This document shows positions 1 through 8,953 of a stretch of 64,000 nt of DNA, one piece after another. A program made the position numbers and the translations under genes. The notes below the pieces were generated by a model. The model made no database searches. It was given only the letters and a program-made list of their open reading frames with translations, and had not been told where the DNA came from. Position 1 is the first letter of the stretch; each line of letters begins with the position of its first letter. Source of the DNA: Chloroflexota bacterium (GTDB taxonomy: Bacteria > Chloroflexota > Dehalococcoidia > Lucifugimonadales > UBA826); assembly GCA_003228105.1 (NCBI GenBank), contig QGNN01000001.1:6761-70760 (forward strand), read 5' to 3'.

Positions 1-528
1 AAGAAAACTATGGGATATGAAATTGCTGAACAGTTGGGATGGGAACTGCCAGATAACATTATCTACCCCACAGGAGGTGGAACAGGCATCGTTGGAATGT
101 GGAAGGCTTTTCAGGAAATGGAAGAATTGGAATGGATCTCCTCGAAACGGCCAAAAATGTTTGCTGTGCAGGCTGAAAATTGTGCCCCAATAGTTAGGGC
201 ATTTGAGAATGGGGAGGAGTTTGCCCAGCCTTGGGAAAACTCTAATACTCTAGCAGCTGGTATAAGGGTGCCAAGTGCTATAGGGGATTACCTCATTTTA
301 AAGGCAATCAGGGATAGTGGAGGATCGGCTATCACAGTCTCAGATGATGATATGATAGATATGATTGATCTCGTCGGTAAACTTGAAGGTTTTTTTGTCT
401 GCCCCGAGGGAGCTGCTACTGCATGCGGAGCGAAAAAATTGATAGAAAATGGTTCCATCGACCCATCTGAAAAAACTCTGTTATTAAATACAGGATCAGG
501 GTTGAAATATTTGGATATGTTGCCCTAA
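1..528 (+). CDS. thrC: threonine synthase, C-terminal part (5' end lies outside the window)
   Basis: Frame is open from base 1. Fold-type II PLP enzyme motifs are present: PTGGGTGIVGMWKAF, FAVQAENCAPIV, FVCPEGAATACG, NTGSGLKY. These fit the threonine synthase C-terminal half. Confidence 0.7.
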   Translation, partial: KKTMGYEIAEQLGWELPDNIIYPTGGGTGIVGMWKAFQEMEELEWISSKRPKMFAVQAENCAPIVRAFENGEEFAQPWENSNTLAAGIRVPSAIGDYLILKAIRDSGGSAITVSDDDMIDMIDLVGKLEGFFVCPEGAATACGAKKLIENGSIDPSEKTLLLNTGSGLKYLDMLP

Positions 529-532
529 AAGC

Positions 533-781
533 CTATACCAAATCCGTAAGGGATATATGAGGGGCATAAATGTTGAGAGAGTTTTCGATCATCATTTTGA
601 CCATGTCGTGATCCGGTACGCATTCCGGACATTCCTCATTCGTACCTTTGTTATATTTGACTATAAGTTGATTTTCGCTAAATGAGATCAAATCTAGAGA
701 CCCTCCTTCGGAAGCGACAATAGTCTCCATGTTATCTAAAACTGTCTTTACGCCAGGATCATCCGTGTTTATCGGCATCAA
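533..781 (-). CDS. NifU-like (Nfu-type) Fe-S cluster domain protein
   Basis: 82 aa. The pattern EGGSLDLISF...LIVKY...CPECV resembles the NifU C-terminal domain with a CxxC pair. Confidence 0.55.
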   Translation of the reverse strand: MMPINTDDPGVKTVLDNMETIVASEGGSLDLISFSENQLIVKYNKGTNEECPECVPDHDMVKMMIENSLNIYAPHISLTDLV

Positions 782-793
782 ATAAATCCTCCT

Positions 794-1981
794 CTAATTT
801 AATCTTTCAAAAATGGTGGCCACTCCTTGACCACCTCCGACACACATTGTCACAAGACCGGTGTTGGAGTCGGATCTTTCCATTTCTTCCATTAGTTTTA
901 CCGTCATGATTGCACCAGTGGCCCCAACTGGGTGTCCTAGGCTAATTCCGCTGCCATTCACATTGGTTTTTTCTATGTCCAGGTTTAATTCTCGGATGCA
1001 GTAGAGAGCTTGAGATGCAAAGGCCTCATTAAGTTCAATTACATCAATGTCATTTATGCCCATGCCTGATTTATCCATCGCTTTTTGGACGGCAGGAACA
1101 GGTCCAATACCCATCACCGCCGGTTCCACGCCAGCAATTCCCCTGGTGTGCCATTTCATCCTTGGTTTTACTCCCAAATCTGCGGCTTTTTGAGCTGACA
1201 TCATTACTACAGCGGCAGATCCGTCATTTATGCTAGAAGCGTTACCTGCGGTGACTGTGCCATCTTTTTTGAAAACAGGCCTCAAGGTAGATAAACTTTC
1301 TATGGTTGTATCTGCCCTGGGACCCTCATCTTCCGTTACAACTACAGAGTTTCCTCTTCTCTGAGGCACGGATACAGTAGTTATTTGATTAGTGAATCTT
1401 CCTTGAGATATGGCGGTGCTCGCCCGCTGGTGGCTTATAACAGCAAGTTCATCCTGGTCGTGGCGAGACACGGAAAATCGCTCTGCGACGTTTTCAGCTG
1501 TGACACCCATGTGATATCGATTTACTGGACATCCTAACCCTTCAGTAAGCCCATCTACTAGCTGAGAATTCCCCATTCTTAAACCGTCGAACCGTGCTTT
1601 GTAATCTATAAAGTAGGGCACCTGGCTCATGTTTTCTATTCCGCCGGCTACAATAATGTCCGCTTCCCCTGTTCGCACTAGTTGTGCAGCCATGTTTATT
1701 GCTTCGAGTCCAGATGAACATTGCCTATTAATTGCAATAGTGGGTGTATCATGAGGAATACCTGCTTTTAAGGCAGCTAAGCGGGCAGCATAGCCGGCCT
1801 CAGCGGCCTGGATTGCGTTTCCCAATACGACTTCATCCACCATATCAGGAGATATGCCCGCTCTCTCAAGGGCAGCCTTGATTGCAAAGGATCCTAGATC
1901 TGGCGCACCAACATCTTTGAAAGCTCCTCCGAATCTACCAACTGGAGTTCTTGCTCCAGAAACGATGACCGCATCATTCAT
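794..1981 (-). CDS. acetyl-CoA C-acetyltransferase (thiolase II)
   Basis: 395 aa. Active-site motifs NRQCSSGLEA, GHPVGATG and C-terminal CVGGGQG are present. Confidence 0.9.
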   Translation of the reverse strand: MNDAVIVSGARTPVGRFGGAFKDVGAPDLGSFAIKAALERAGISPDMVDEVVLGNAIQAAEAGYAARLAALKAGIPHDTPTIAINRQCSSGLEAINMAAQLVRTGEADIIVAGGIENMSQVPYFIDYKARFDGLRMGNSQLVDGLTEGLGCPVNRYHMGVTAENVAERFSVSRHDQDELAVISHQRASTAISQGRFTNQITTVSVPQRRGNSVVVTEDEGPRADTTIESLSTLRPVFKKDGTVTAGNASSINDGSAAVVMMSAQKAADLGVKPRMKWHTRGIAGVEPAVMGIGPVPAVQKAMDKSGMGINDIDVIELNEAFASQALYCIRELNLDIEKTNVNGSGISLGHPVGATGAIMTVKLMEEMERSDSNTGLVTMCVGGGQGVATIFERLN

Positions 1982-2123
1982 GATTGTTCCTCCGACTTCT
2001 TAAATACCTATCAAACCCTACCTTAGCAGAGCCGAATGCCTGTATCAATTTAGCCTCATTTATATATAAGATTCTATATGTAATATTCATATATTGTATT
2101 TGATAGTAAATTTAGGACTTCTT

Positions 2124-3983
2124 GTGTACGTTATAGGTACTGCCGGTCATGTTGATCATGGAAAATCTACACTTGTGGAACGCCTGACAGGTATCGATCC
2201 TGACAGATTTCAAGAGGAGAAGGACCGCGGCATGACCATTGATATTGGCTTTGCTTGGATCACACTTCCTTCTGGAAGAGAGGTCAGTATAGTTGATGTT
2301 CCAGGCCATGAAAAATTTGTCAGTAACATGTTGGCAGGAGTTGGTGGTATTGACATGGCTCTCCTGGTTGTAGCAGCAGATGAATCGGTAATGCCGCAAA
2401 CTAGAGAACATCTCGCAATTCTAGATTTGTTGGGCGTTACTAATGGGGTGGTAGTTGTAACTAAGAAAGATTTGGTTGATGAAGATTGGCTGGAACTGGT
2501 TTATGCTGAGGTAGAAGAATTGTTGACTGGCACGACATTGGAAGGGGCTGAAACAATAGCTGTTTCGGCAACTACCGGTTCAGGTATCTCCAGTCTTATG
2601 GATTCCATAGATTCCGCCTTGGATAAAACTACTGCTAAAAAGGATTTTAATAGACCTAGATTACCTATTGATAGAGCTTTCTCGATTAGTGGGTTTGGCA
2701 CTGTAGTAACCGGAACTTTAATCGACGGATATTTGTCGGTAGGCCAAGAAGTGGAAATAATTCCCATTGGGTTAAAGGCTCGTATCAGAGGTCTTCAGTC
2801 CCATGGTAAATCTGAAGCCAACTTTGGCCCCGGCACACGAGTCGCTGCGAACCTAGCGGGAATAGAATCCACACAAATTGCCAGAGGGGATGTTTTGAGT
2901 TTACCAAATTGCATAGATCTCTCTGAGGCTTTTGATGTTCGACTTAATGTTGTTGAGGGTGCGCCTAATCCATTACGCCACAACATGTTCGTTACATTGC
3001 ATACAGGAAGCTCAGAAGTTGTAGCCCGTTTGAGGTTGCTGGAGGAAGGAGAAGTACAACCTGGTAACAGTACATGGGCACAACTTAAGCCTGAGAAGTT
3101 ATTACCGGTACTTAGAGGGGATCACTACATTATTAGATCAAATATGACTACACTTGGTGGCGGTAGTATTGTCGATACCCGAGCGAAACGACATAGGAGA
3201 AGACATCTTCCCACCTTGCAAAAACTCAAATCCTTAGAATCCGGCACCCCCTCTGAAATTATCCTTAATATTATTGAATCTGCTGTCCCATCTACTTTAG
3301 GTTCACTGCTTTCATCCTCGACAATGCAGGAAGAAGAGATAATTCCTACCATAGAAATATTGATAGCAGAGAAAGCTTTAATGTCTACATCTCCCGGTAT
3401 TGAGAAATCCTATTTTTTCACCACTAAACGGTGGGAAGATATCTGTGATTTGACTAAGAAGAGCCTTAATTTGTTTCATGCACAGTTTCCTCTAAGGCAA
3501 GGTATGCCCAGAGAAGAATTAAGAAACAAACTGAGTTTGTCTCCAGAAAGTTTTAATGCTGTTGTGAATGTTTTGGAAAAAATCAAGGTGTTGAGAGATT
3601 TTACCTCCCAAATCGCCCTTACAGACCACGAACCACACTTGACGGAAGAACAGAGTCGAATTTCAGAGGCTTACATGGGAAATATATCTAAAGGCAAATT
3701 TTCACCGAGAACGGACTTAGAAGTAGATGATGATGTTCTGAATTTCCTGATTGATAAGGGACGATTGGTAAGAGTTAGTGATGGAATAGTTTTCTCATCT
3801 GAGGCGTTTAAAGAGATGTTGGATGGAGTTCGTTTTTACATATCAAGGAATGGGGAAATCACGGTCGGTGATTTCCGAGATCTTTTTCAGACAAGCAGAA
3901 AATATGCTTTGGGGTTTATGGATTACCTAGACCAGCAACAAATTACTAGACGGGTCGGCGATGCTAGAATTTTGAGAGAATGA
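2124..3983 (+). CDS. selB: selenocysteine-specific translation elongation factor SelB
   Basis: G-domain motifs GTAGHVDHGKSTL, DVPGHEKF and TKKD are followed by a roughly 250-aa C-terminal extension typical of the SelB winged-helix SECIS-binding region. The ORF track starts at TTG 2094. GTG 2124 gives the usual MYVIGTAGHVDHGKS N-terminus, so the start is uncertain. Confidence 0.85.
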   Translation: MYVIGTAGHVDHGKSTLVERLTGIDPDRFQEEKDRGMTIDIGFAWITLPSGREVSIVDVPGHEKFVSNMLAGVGGIDMALLVVAADESVMPQTREHLAILDLLGVTNGVVVVTKKDLVDEDWLELVYAEVEELLTGTTLEGAETIAVSATTGSGISSLMDSIDSALDKTTAKKDFNRPRLPIDRAFSISGFGTVVTGTLIDGYLSVGQEVEIIPIGLKARIRGLQSHGKSEANFGPGTRVAANLAGIESTQIARGDVLSLPNCIDLSEAFDVRLNVVEGAPNPLRHNMFVTLHTGSSEVVARLRLLEEGEVQPGNSTWAQLKPEKLLPVLRGDHYIIRSNMTTLGGGSIVDTRAKRHRRRHLPTLQKLKSLESGTPSEIILNIIESAVPSTLGSLLSSSTMQEEEIIPTIEILIAEKALMSTSPGIEKSYFFTTKRWEDICDLTKKSLNLFHAQFPLRQGMPREELRNKLSLSPESFNAVVNVLEKIKVLRDFTSQIALTDHEPHLTEEQSRISEAYMGNISKGKFSPRTDLEVDDDVLNFLIDKGRLVRVSDGIVFSSEAFKEMLDGVRFYISRNGEITVGDFRDLFQTSRKYALGFMDYLDQQQITRRVGDARILRE

Positions 3984-4022
3984 GGTTGGATTGCTGATAT
4001 GGGATTCTTAAACAGTGACTCA

Positions 4023-4364
4023 CTAAGGAGTGGCGTGATAGCTTAATTCTTCTTCCAGGATGATTGTTAATTGATGTGCGAGGTCGGACTCTTCCTCGCA
4101 AATTTTCTCTAAAGCCATTTTAAATATAGTTAGCTGGCCCCTCAAATTCATGTCATTGTGGTATGCATTGGATATTGGAACGGCCTCGTGAAGGCTCAGC
4201 AGATCTAGCTCTTCTTCGAGGTTGGTACCTAGAAGATCAGATTTCTCGGCTATTTTCGAAACAATAATATCTATTTCCTTAAGACACGTTTTCAGTTCAC
4301 CGGGCAGACCGGCCACAGCCATGTCGAGGGCTGACTGGAATTTTCTTTCTGATATCGAGATCAT
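4023..4364 (-). CDS. hypothetical acidic protein, possibly a degenerate zincin-like DUF1025 metallopeptidase-family member
   Basis: 113 aa. By eye the layout resembles small metallopeptidase-family proteins: N-terminal F..AL..A...LP..L....I.IIV, central LLSLHEAVPIS, C-terminal TIILEEELSYH where HExxH is expected. No intact HExxH is present. Confidence 0.3.
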   Translation of the reverse strand: MISISERKFQSALDMAVAGLPGELKTCLKEIDIIVSKIAEKSDLLGTNLEEELDLLSLHEAVPISNAYHNDMNLRGQLTIFKMALEKICEEESDLAHQLTIILEEELSYHATP

Positions 4365-4499
4365 CTAAAAATATTAGCATTTTTTGACAGATATCTACAG
4401 GCAATTGACCCGAATTTTGCCCTGTTTTATCGTACTCACTATGTTTCTCTAGAATATGGAAAACTTGCAACAGTTACTGGAGTCTGTGAGGTAATTAAA

Positions 4500-5399
4500 A
4501 TGAAGGTAACTCAGATAAAAAGGTTCCCCATAGATGATGAAGACTGCAGGGTGTATTACATAGTAAAAGTTGATACAAACTCTGGGATTTATGGTTTTGG
4601 AGAAGTTGGCATATGAAATTGGGGAGGGGCGATTGGTAAGGCCATTGAGCATCTACCTCAAGTGGTCATAAGGGAAGATTCGTTCAGCACGGGAAAGATG
4701 TGGCAACAAATGGTTCGCGGAGGATTTTTTCCTGCGGATAAAGTACATTCATGTGCAATAAGTGTGATTGATATTGGTTTGTGATTGGGGCCAAGATTCT
4801 TGATATGCCATGGTACAAACTGCTTGGAGGCCCCGTGAGGGATAAAGTGATCTGCTATCCACATACTCAAAGAGACATAATGTCAGAGTTATTGGAAAAT
4901 TGTAGAAGGCACATTAATGTTGGGCGGAAATTTGTACGTTGGCACCAATCTGAGATCGGACCGTCAGCCATTTATGTAGACAATTTAAATACTTTTGAAC
5001 CGGTGGAATCCATACGCATAGCTGAACAACAAATCGCTACGAAAAGGGAGGTGATTGTTCCTGAGACACCGATATGTTTTGACATCCACACTCGATTGGA
5101 TACAGCCCATGCAGTTGTATTTTGTGAGGCGGTGGGGCCTTACGCGATTTTTCGCAGAAAATCTTTTGAGGTCAGAAAATTCGTCTAGCTATCGTTTGTT
5201 GGCACGACATACATCTTTACCGATCGCTGCTGGAGAGCAATGGGATACTAAATGGCTATTCATGGAAATGATTGATGAGGAGTTGGTAAATTTGGGTTTT
5301 GGTGAGTTTGTGTATATAGAGAATTACATGTATTCTTCCCCGTGGACTTTGCAAATCAGCTATTTGATTGCTAAGGACCGTTCGCTAAATTGTATCTAA
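4500..5399 (+). pseudogene. enolase-superfamily (mandelate racemase / D-galactonate-mannonate dehydratase-like) pseudogene
   Basis: ATG 4500 follows GAGGT. The product MKVTQIKRF...VKVDTNSGIYGFGEVGI hits TGA at 4614-4616. The same frame continues (AISVIDIGL) to TGA 4782-4784. Homology then moves to another frame (GAKILDMPWYKLLGGPVRDKVICY, FDIHTRL) and back near 5150 (HTSLPIAAGEQW). The C-terminal third of the fold is missing. Confidence 0.7.
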
Positions 5400-5418
5400 T
5401 TAGGGAGGTACGAGATTA

Positions 5419-6561
5419 ATGACCGATTTAAGAAAGACTGTTGCTATAGTCGGAGTGGATGAGTCCGATGAAATTGGGAAAGTTCCCAATAAATCGAATC
5501 TAACTCACCATGCTGAGGCAGCGTACAACGCTTTGGAAGACGCAGGCATGTCTATGAAAGATGTGAATGGCCTTTTTACTGCTGGTACATCTACGTTGAA
5601 TTTGGCTGAATATTTGGGTATTGAGCCGAGTTTTACAGATACCACCGCTGTTGGGGGCTCGTCATTTATAATTCATATTGCGCATGCTATGGCTGCCATT
5701 AATGCTGGATATTGCGATGTGGCACTCGTTACCCACGGTGAGGCAGGTCGAAGTAGAAGGAGTCGCCCAGGTGGTGACGCTGCTGATCCTGGTTCACAGT
5801 TTGAAACACCATACGGATTTCTGGGAGCACCCATTAATTATGCTATGGCTGCCAGGAGATACATGCATGAGTATGGGGAAGATAAAACCCGGCAAGCCAT
5901 GGCAGAAGTTGCAGTGGCTACCCGTAAGTGGGCGCAACTAAACCCAAAGGCTTATATGCAAGATGAAATGTCTTTTGATGATTACCATAATTCACGTTGG
6001 ATATCTTGGCCATTCCATCTTTTGGATTGCTGTTTAGTGACAGATGCCGGAGGGGCATATGTGATCACATCAGCTGAGCGGGCTCGCGATGCCAAGAAGA
6101 AGCCTGTATGGGTTTTGGGTGCAGCAGAGTCGCATGACCACAATCTGATCAGCCAGATGCCGGATCTCACCCGTACAGTGGCAAAAAACACTGGACCACT
6201 AGCATTAGAAAGATCGGGTGTTACTCACGATGATATTGATCTCGCGATGATTTATGACTCTTTTACATATACTGTACTGGCTACTTTGGAAAGCCTAGGG
6301 TTTTGCGGACCTGGAGAAGCTCCTGATTTTGTGGCTAACCAAAGAACAGCCCCAGGCGGGGATTTTGCTATGAACACATCGGGAGGTGGGCTATCCTACA
6401 CCCACTCCGGAATGTATGGAATGTTCCTAGTTTTGGAGGCGGTTAGGCAGCTAAGAGGAGAGTGTGGCGATAGACAGTTAGACGATCCAAAATTGTGTCT
6501 GATCAACGGAACCGGAGGGTCACTGTCTTCCACCGGCACTACTGTTCTGGCAGTAGATTAA
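5419..6561 (+). CDS. thiolase-like protein (SCP-x / nonspecific lipid-transfer type)
   Basis: 380 aa, preceded by RBS GGGAGG. It has SCP2-thiolase-like features (GGSSF...AINAGYCDVALV, LDCCLVTDAGGA, NTSGGGLSY) and sits next to a DUF35 gene, as is usual for this family. Confidence 0.75.
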   Translation: MTDLRKTVAIVGVDESDEIGKVPNKSNLTHHAEAAYNALEDAGMSMKDVNGLFTAGTSTLNLAEYLGIEPSFTDTTAVGGSSFIIHIAHAMAAINAGYCDVALVTHGEAGRSRRSRPGGDAADPGSQFETPYGFLGAPINYAMAARRYMHEYGEDKTRQAMAEVAVATRKWAQLNPKAYMQDEMSFDDYHNSRWISWPFHLLDCCLVTDAGGAYVITSAERARDAKKKPVWVLGAAESHDHNLISQMPDLTRTVAKNTGPLALERSGVTHDDIDLAMIYDSFTYTVLATLESLGFCGPGEAPDFVANQRTAPGGDFAMNTSGGGLSYTHSGMYGMFLVLEAVRQLRGECGDRQLDDPKLCLINGTGGSLSSTGTTVLAVD

Positions 6562-6579
6562 TTTAAGGAGTATTCACAC

Positions 6580-6990
6580 ATGGCTTATAACAAACCACTA
6601 CCGGTACCTCAAGGGGAATCGGATGTTTATTGGCAAAAGGCAAAACAAGGCGAATTATGGTTGAGGAACTGTAAGTCTTGCGGGAATGCCTATTTCTATC
6701 CGCGAGATATTTCTCCTTGCTGTTTCTCGAAGGATACAGACTGGATACAAGCTTCAGGTAAAGCTACTTTGTTTACTTACGGAATAGTTCAAAGAGCTCC
6801 TCACCCAGGGTTTGTTGACGATGTTCCTTTCGTGACAGCAGTAGTTGAATTGGAAGAAGGACCCAAGATGGCTACTAATATTGTCATCGAAGATCCCACA
6901 CCAGAGAATTTACAAATTGGAATGGCTTTGGAAGTTGTGTTTGAAGACATAACAGACGAACTAGCCCTTCCTAAATTCAAACCAGTGTAG
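6580..6990 (+). CDS. DUF35 Zn-ribbon/OB-fold protein (thiolase partner)
   Basis: 136 aa. Zn-ribbon CKSCGNAYFYPRDISPCC is followed by an OB-fold-like segment (GKATLFTYGIV...VELEEGP). It starts 18 nt after the thiolase-like gene. Confidence 0.75.
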   Translation: MAYNKPLPVPQGESDVYWQKAKQGELWLRNCKSCGNAYFYPRDISPCCFSKDTDWIQASGKATLFTYGIVQRAPHPGFVDDVPFVTAVVELEEGPKMATNIVIEDPTPENLQIGMALEVVFEDITDELALPKFKPV

Positions 6991-6997
6991 GGAATGG

Positions 6998-7040
6998 CAA
7001 GGAAAAGGGCGGACTTATTTATAACCCGCACTTTTCCTTG
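6998..7040. terminator. long hairpin between convergent genes (putative bidirectional terminator)
   Basis: CAAGGAAAAG-g-GCGG (loop acttatttataac) CCGC-a-CTTTTCCTTG gives a 10+4 bp stem. It lies between the 3' ends of the DUF35 (+) and DUF971 (-) genes. Confidence 0.5.
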
Positions 7041-7053
7041 TTCAGAACATAAT

Positions 7054-7072
7054 CCCTTGCTGGCAGCAAGGG
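7054..7072. terminator. palindromic hairpin downstream of the DUF971 gene
   Basis: Perfect palindrome CCCTTGCTG-G-CAGCAAGGG, 28 nt after the stop of the minus-strand gene. Confidence 0.4.
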
Positions 7073-7099
7073 TTCTCCAGATTTCTACCTAAGGGGTAG

Positions 7100-7411
7100 T
7101 TAGGCGCAGCTAGCACAAGGGCACATTTTTCTCAAAGTGTCAAAAGGGAAAATACCGGTATAGTGGGCGTCGCTCCACAAAAACTGGATTGCATAATTAC
7201 CGATCATTAAATGGTCTTCTGCTGTCAGGTCTGAAGGTATGGTGGCTGGGTCTAGTAGTTGCCTTTTACTCCACTCTTCAACACATTCCGCACACTGGCA
7301 ACTGATTCTTATTTCTTTGGCGCCATACGTGCTTTCGTGGCCGTCTGACCATCTGATCAGAATTTTGTCCCCGTATACACCGACTTTTTCTATTTTCAGG
7401 CCTTGAGTCAA
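7100..7411 (-). CDS. DUF971 (gamma-butyrobetaine hydroxylase N-terminal-like, Zn-binding) protein
   Basis: 103 aa. Pattern IRWSDGHES.Y....IR..CQCAEC....IQF.WSDAHYTGIFPF..LR..CPC. Confidence 0.6.
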   Translation of the reverse strand: MTQGLKIEKVGVYGDKILIRWSDGHESTYGAKEIRISCQCAECVEEWSKRQLLDPATIPSDLTAEDHLMIGNYAIQFLWSDAHYTGIFPFDTLRKMCPCASCA

Positions 7412-7534
7412 GCTTCACCCCGTTTTTGTATTGGCATTAGGATAATCCATTTTGCTTTTTCACTACAACACAGAATGTATGGAAGAAAATCTGGTTTATA
7501 ATCTTTCTCACATCAAAATTAGGCATATTCAAAG

Positions 7535-8842
7535 TTGAGGTTTTACAGTTTGGCAAAACGCAAGATAGGGAAAATCATAAAGCGACCAGGTCTTAAATTT
7601 GGGGATCCTGATATTGAGATTCCTATTGCAGCAGATCTCCTTAAGGTAGAAGGAGTGCCGCAGAGAGATACTGAGGTGTCTTATTACAGTAGAGAATTTC
7701 CCTTGGAGAGCTTTTCAATAGAGCAAAGCGCTTCGGCTCTATGGGCCCAAAAAGAGAGAGTCAAGCATACTCCTGAAACTGAGGAGCTTTACAGAAATTA
7801 CCAAAAGAAGATCACCCCCTGGATAAACAAAATCAAGAGGTCAGGAGAGCGGGCTCCTAATGTTTCTTCACAGGCAGAAAACCCTACTGAGGTTATTCGT
7901 AATAAGGCAAAAGAACTGGGATATAGCGAGATAGGGTTTACCAAGTTTGACCGAAGATATATTTATCAGAGCCGGAAGAGCTTTGTTCGGCGTGACCTTC
8001 CCAATGTTATATGTTTAGCATATGAGCAAGAATATATTGAAACTCAAAATATACCCTCCTACTCCTCGGAGATTGCACAAGGTGATGCGTACTTAACCCA
8101 AGCTGATCTTTCTCTAAAGCTGGCGGGTTTTATTAATGAATTAGGTTTCAGTGCACAAATATCTGGACCTGCGTGGCATTTTGGACCCATGATTCCTATG
8201 TTTGTAGAGGCTGGTTTGGGCCAGTTGGGGGTGAACGGTCAGTTGCTTTCTCCACACTTTGGATCCCGCGCCAGATTACAGCTGATAATTACTGATGCAT
8301 ATCTTGATTATGATTCACCAATTGATTATGGCATGTATAAATTTTGCGAACTTTGCCAAGTTTGCTTTATGCGGTGCCCCGGCAAAGCAATTCAATCACA
8401 AAGGGTTTGGTTTCGGGGGGTTGAGAAAAATAAATTGATTGCCAAGCGTTGTCGCCCCGTAATGGCTCGTTATTCAGGTTGTGGAATATGTATGAAAGTT
8501 TGTCCAATCCAAAAATATGGAATGCGACCCGTAATGGAACATTATGTAGAAACTGGGGAGGTGTTAGGAAAAGGAACGGATGAGCTTGAATCGTATGAAC
8601 TCGAAAACAAAGGGTATTTTAGAAGTGGGAAAGTGCCAATATTTGATCGAGACTTCTTCGACATGCCTGAAGGGAGAACTGAACATAACTTGGTGGAAGA
8701 ATTTAAGGATAATCTGGTCAACATGAAAAGTTTGGATAAACAGAGTGAGTATGAGCTATATGTAGAATTTAAAAATGCATTAAATTCATCAAAAACTAAG
8801 AATGGGGAGGTAATTGATATGGGAATGGATATGGAATTTTAA
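7535..8842 (+). CDS. RdhA/QueG-superfamily double-[4Fe-4S] protein (reductive dehalogenase-like, cytoplasmic)
   Basis: 435 aa with a TTG start. It has CELCQVCFMRCP (Cx2Cx2Cx3CP) and C-x10-CGICMKVCP, the two cluster motifs of reductive dehalogenase/epoxyqueuosine reductase enzymes. There is no twin-arginine signal and no adjacent rdhB-like anchor. Confidence 0.5.
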   Translation: MRFYSLAKRKIGKIIKRPGLKFGDPDIEIPIAADLLKVEGVPQRDTEVSYYSREFPLESFSIEQSASALWAQKERVKHTPETEELYRNYQKKITPWINKIKRSGERAPNVSSQAENPTEVIRNKAKELGYSEIGFTKFDRRYIYQSRKSFVRRDLPNVICLAYEQEYIETQNIPSYSSEIAQGDAYLTQADLSLKLAGFINELGFSAQISGPAWHFGPMIPMFVEAGLGQLGVNGQLLSPHFGSRARLQLIITDAYLDYDSPIDYGMYKFCELCQVCFMRCPGKAIQSQRVWFRGVEKNKLIAKRCRPVMARYSGCGICMKVCPIQKYGMRPVMEHYVETGEVLGKGTDELESYELENKGYFRSGKVPIFDRDFFDMPEGRTEHNLVEEFKDNLVNMKSLDKQSEYELYVEFKNALNSSKTKNGEVIDMGMDMEF

Positions 8843-8875
8843 CTTTTGTTGCTCATCCTGCTGCCACCAAGTTTG

Positions 8876-8903
8876 TTGACCCATGGTTTGAATTTGTGAT
8901 AAT
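8876..8903 (+). promoter_or_regulatory. sigma70-type promoter for the selenoprotein gene
   Basis: TTGACC (8876-8881), a 16-nt spacer ending in TGt, then GATAAT (8898-8903). This is a near-consensus extended -10 promoter about 50 nt upstream of ATG 8954. Confidence 0.5.
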
Positions 8904-8953
8904 TTAGGCACGGCTAGTAAATAAAATATCGTGACTTCTAGAAGGAGGATAAC

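Noticed and set aside
2094-2123. TTG 2094 as the selB start
   Set aside because: It adds MYLIVNLGLL ahead of the conserved G-domain start. GTG 2124 gives the usual spacing before GTAGHVDHGKS. I kept this as an uncertainty, not a certainty.
4614-4784. In-frame TGA codons in the enolase-family gene as possible Sec or recoding sites
   Set aside because: The first TGA aligns with a hydrophobic position in homologues, not a Cys. The second coincides with a frame change, and a further frameshift and a 3' truncation are present. There is no redox-motif context. Pseudogene decay explains this better.
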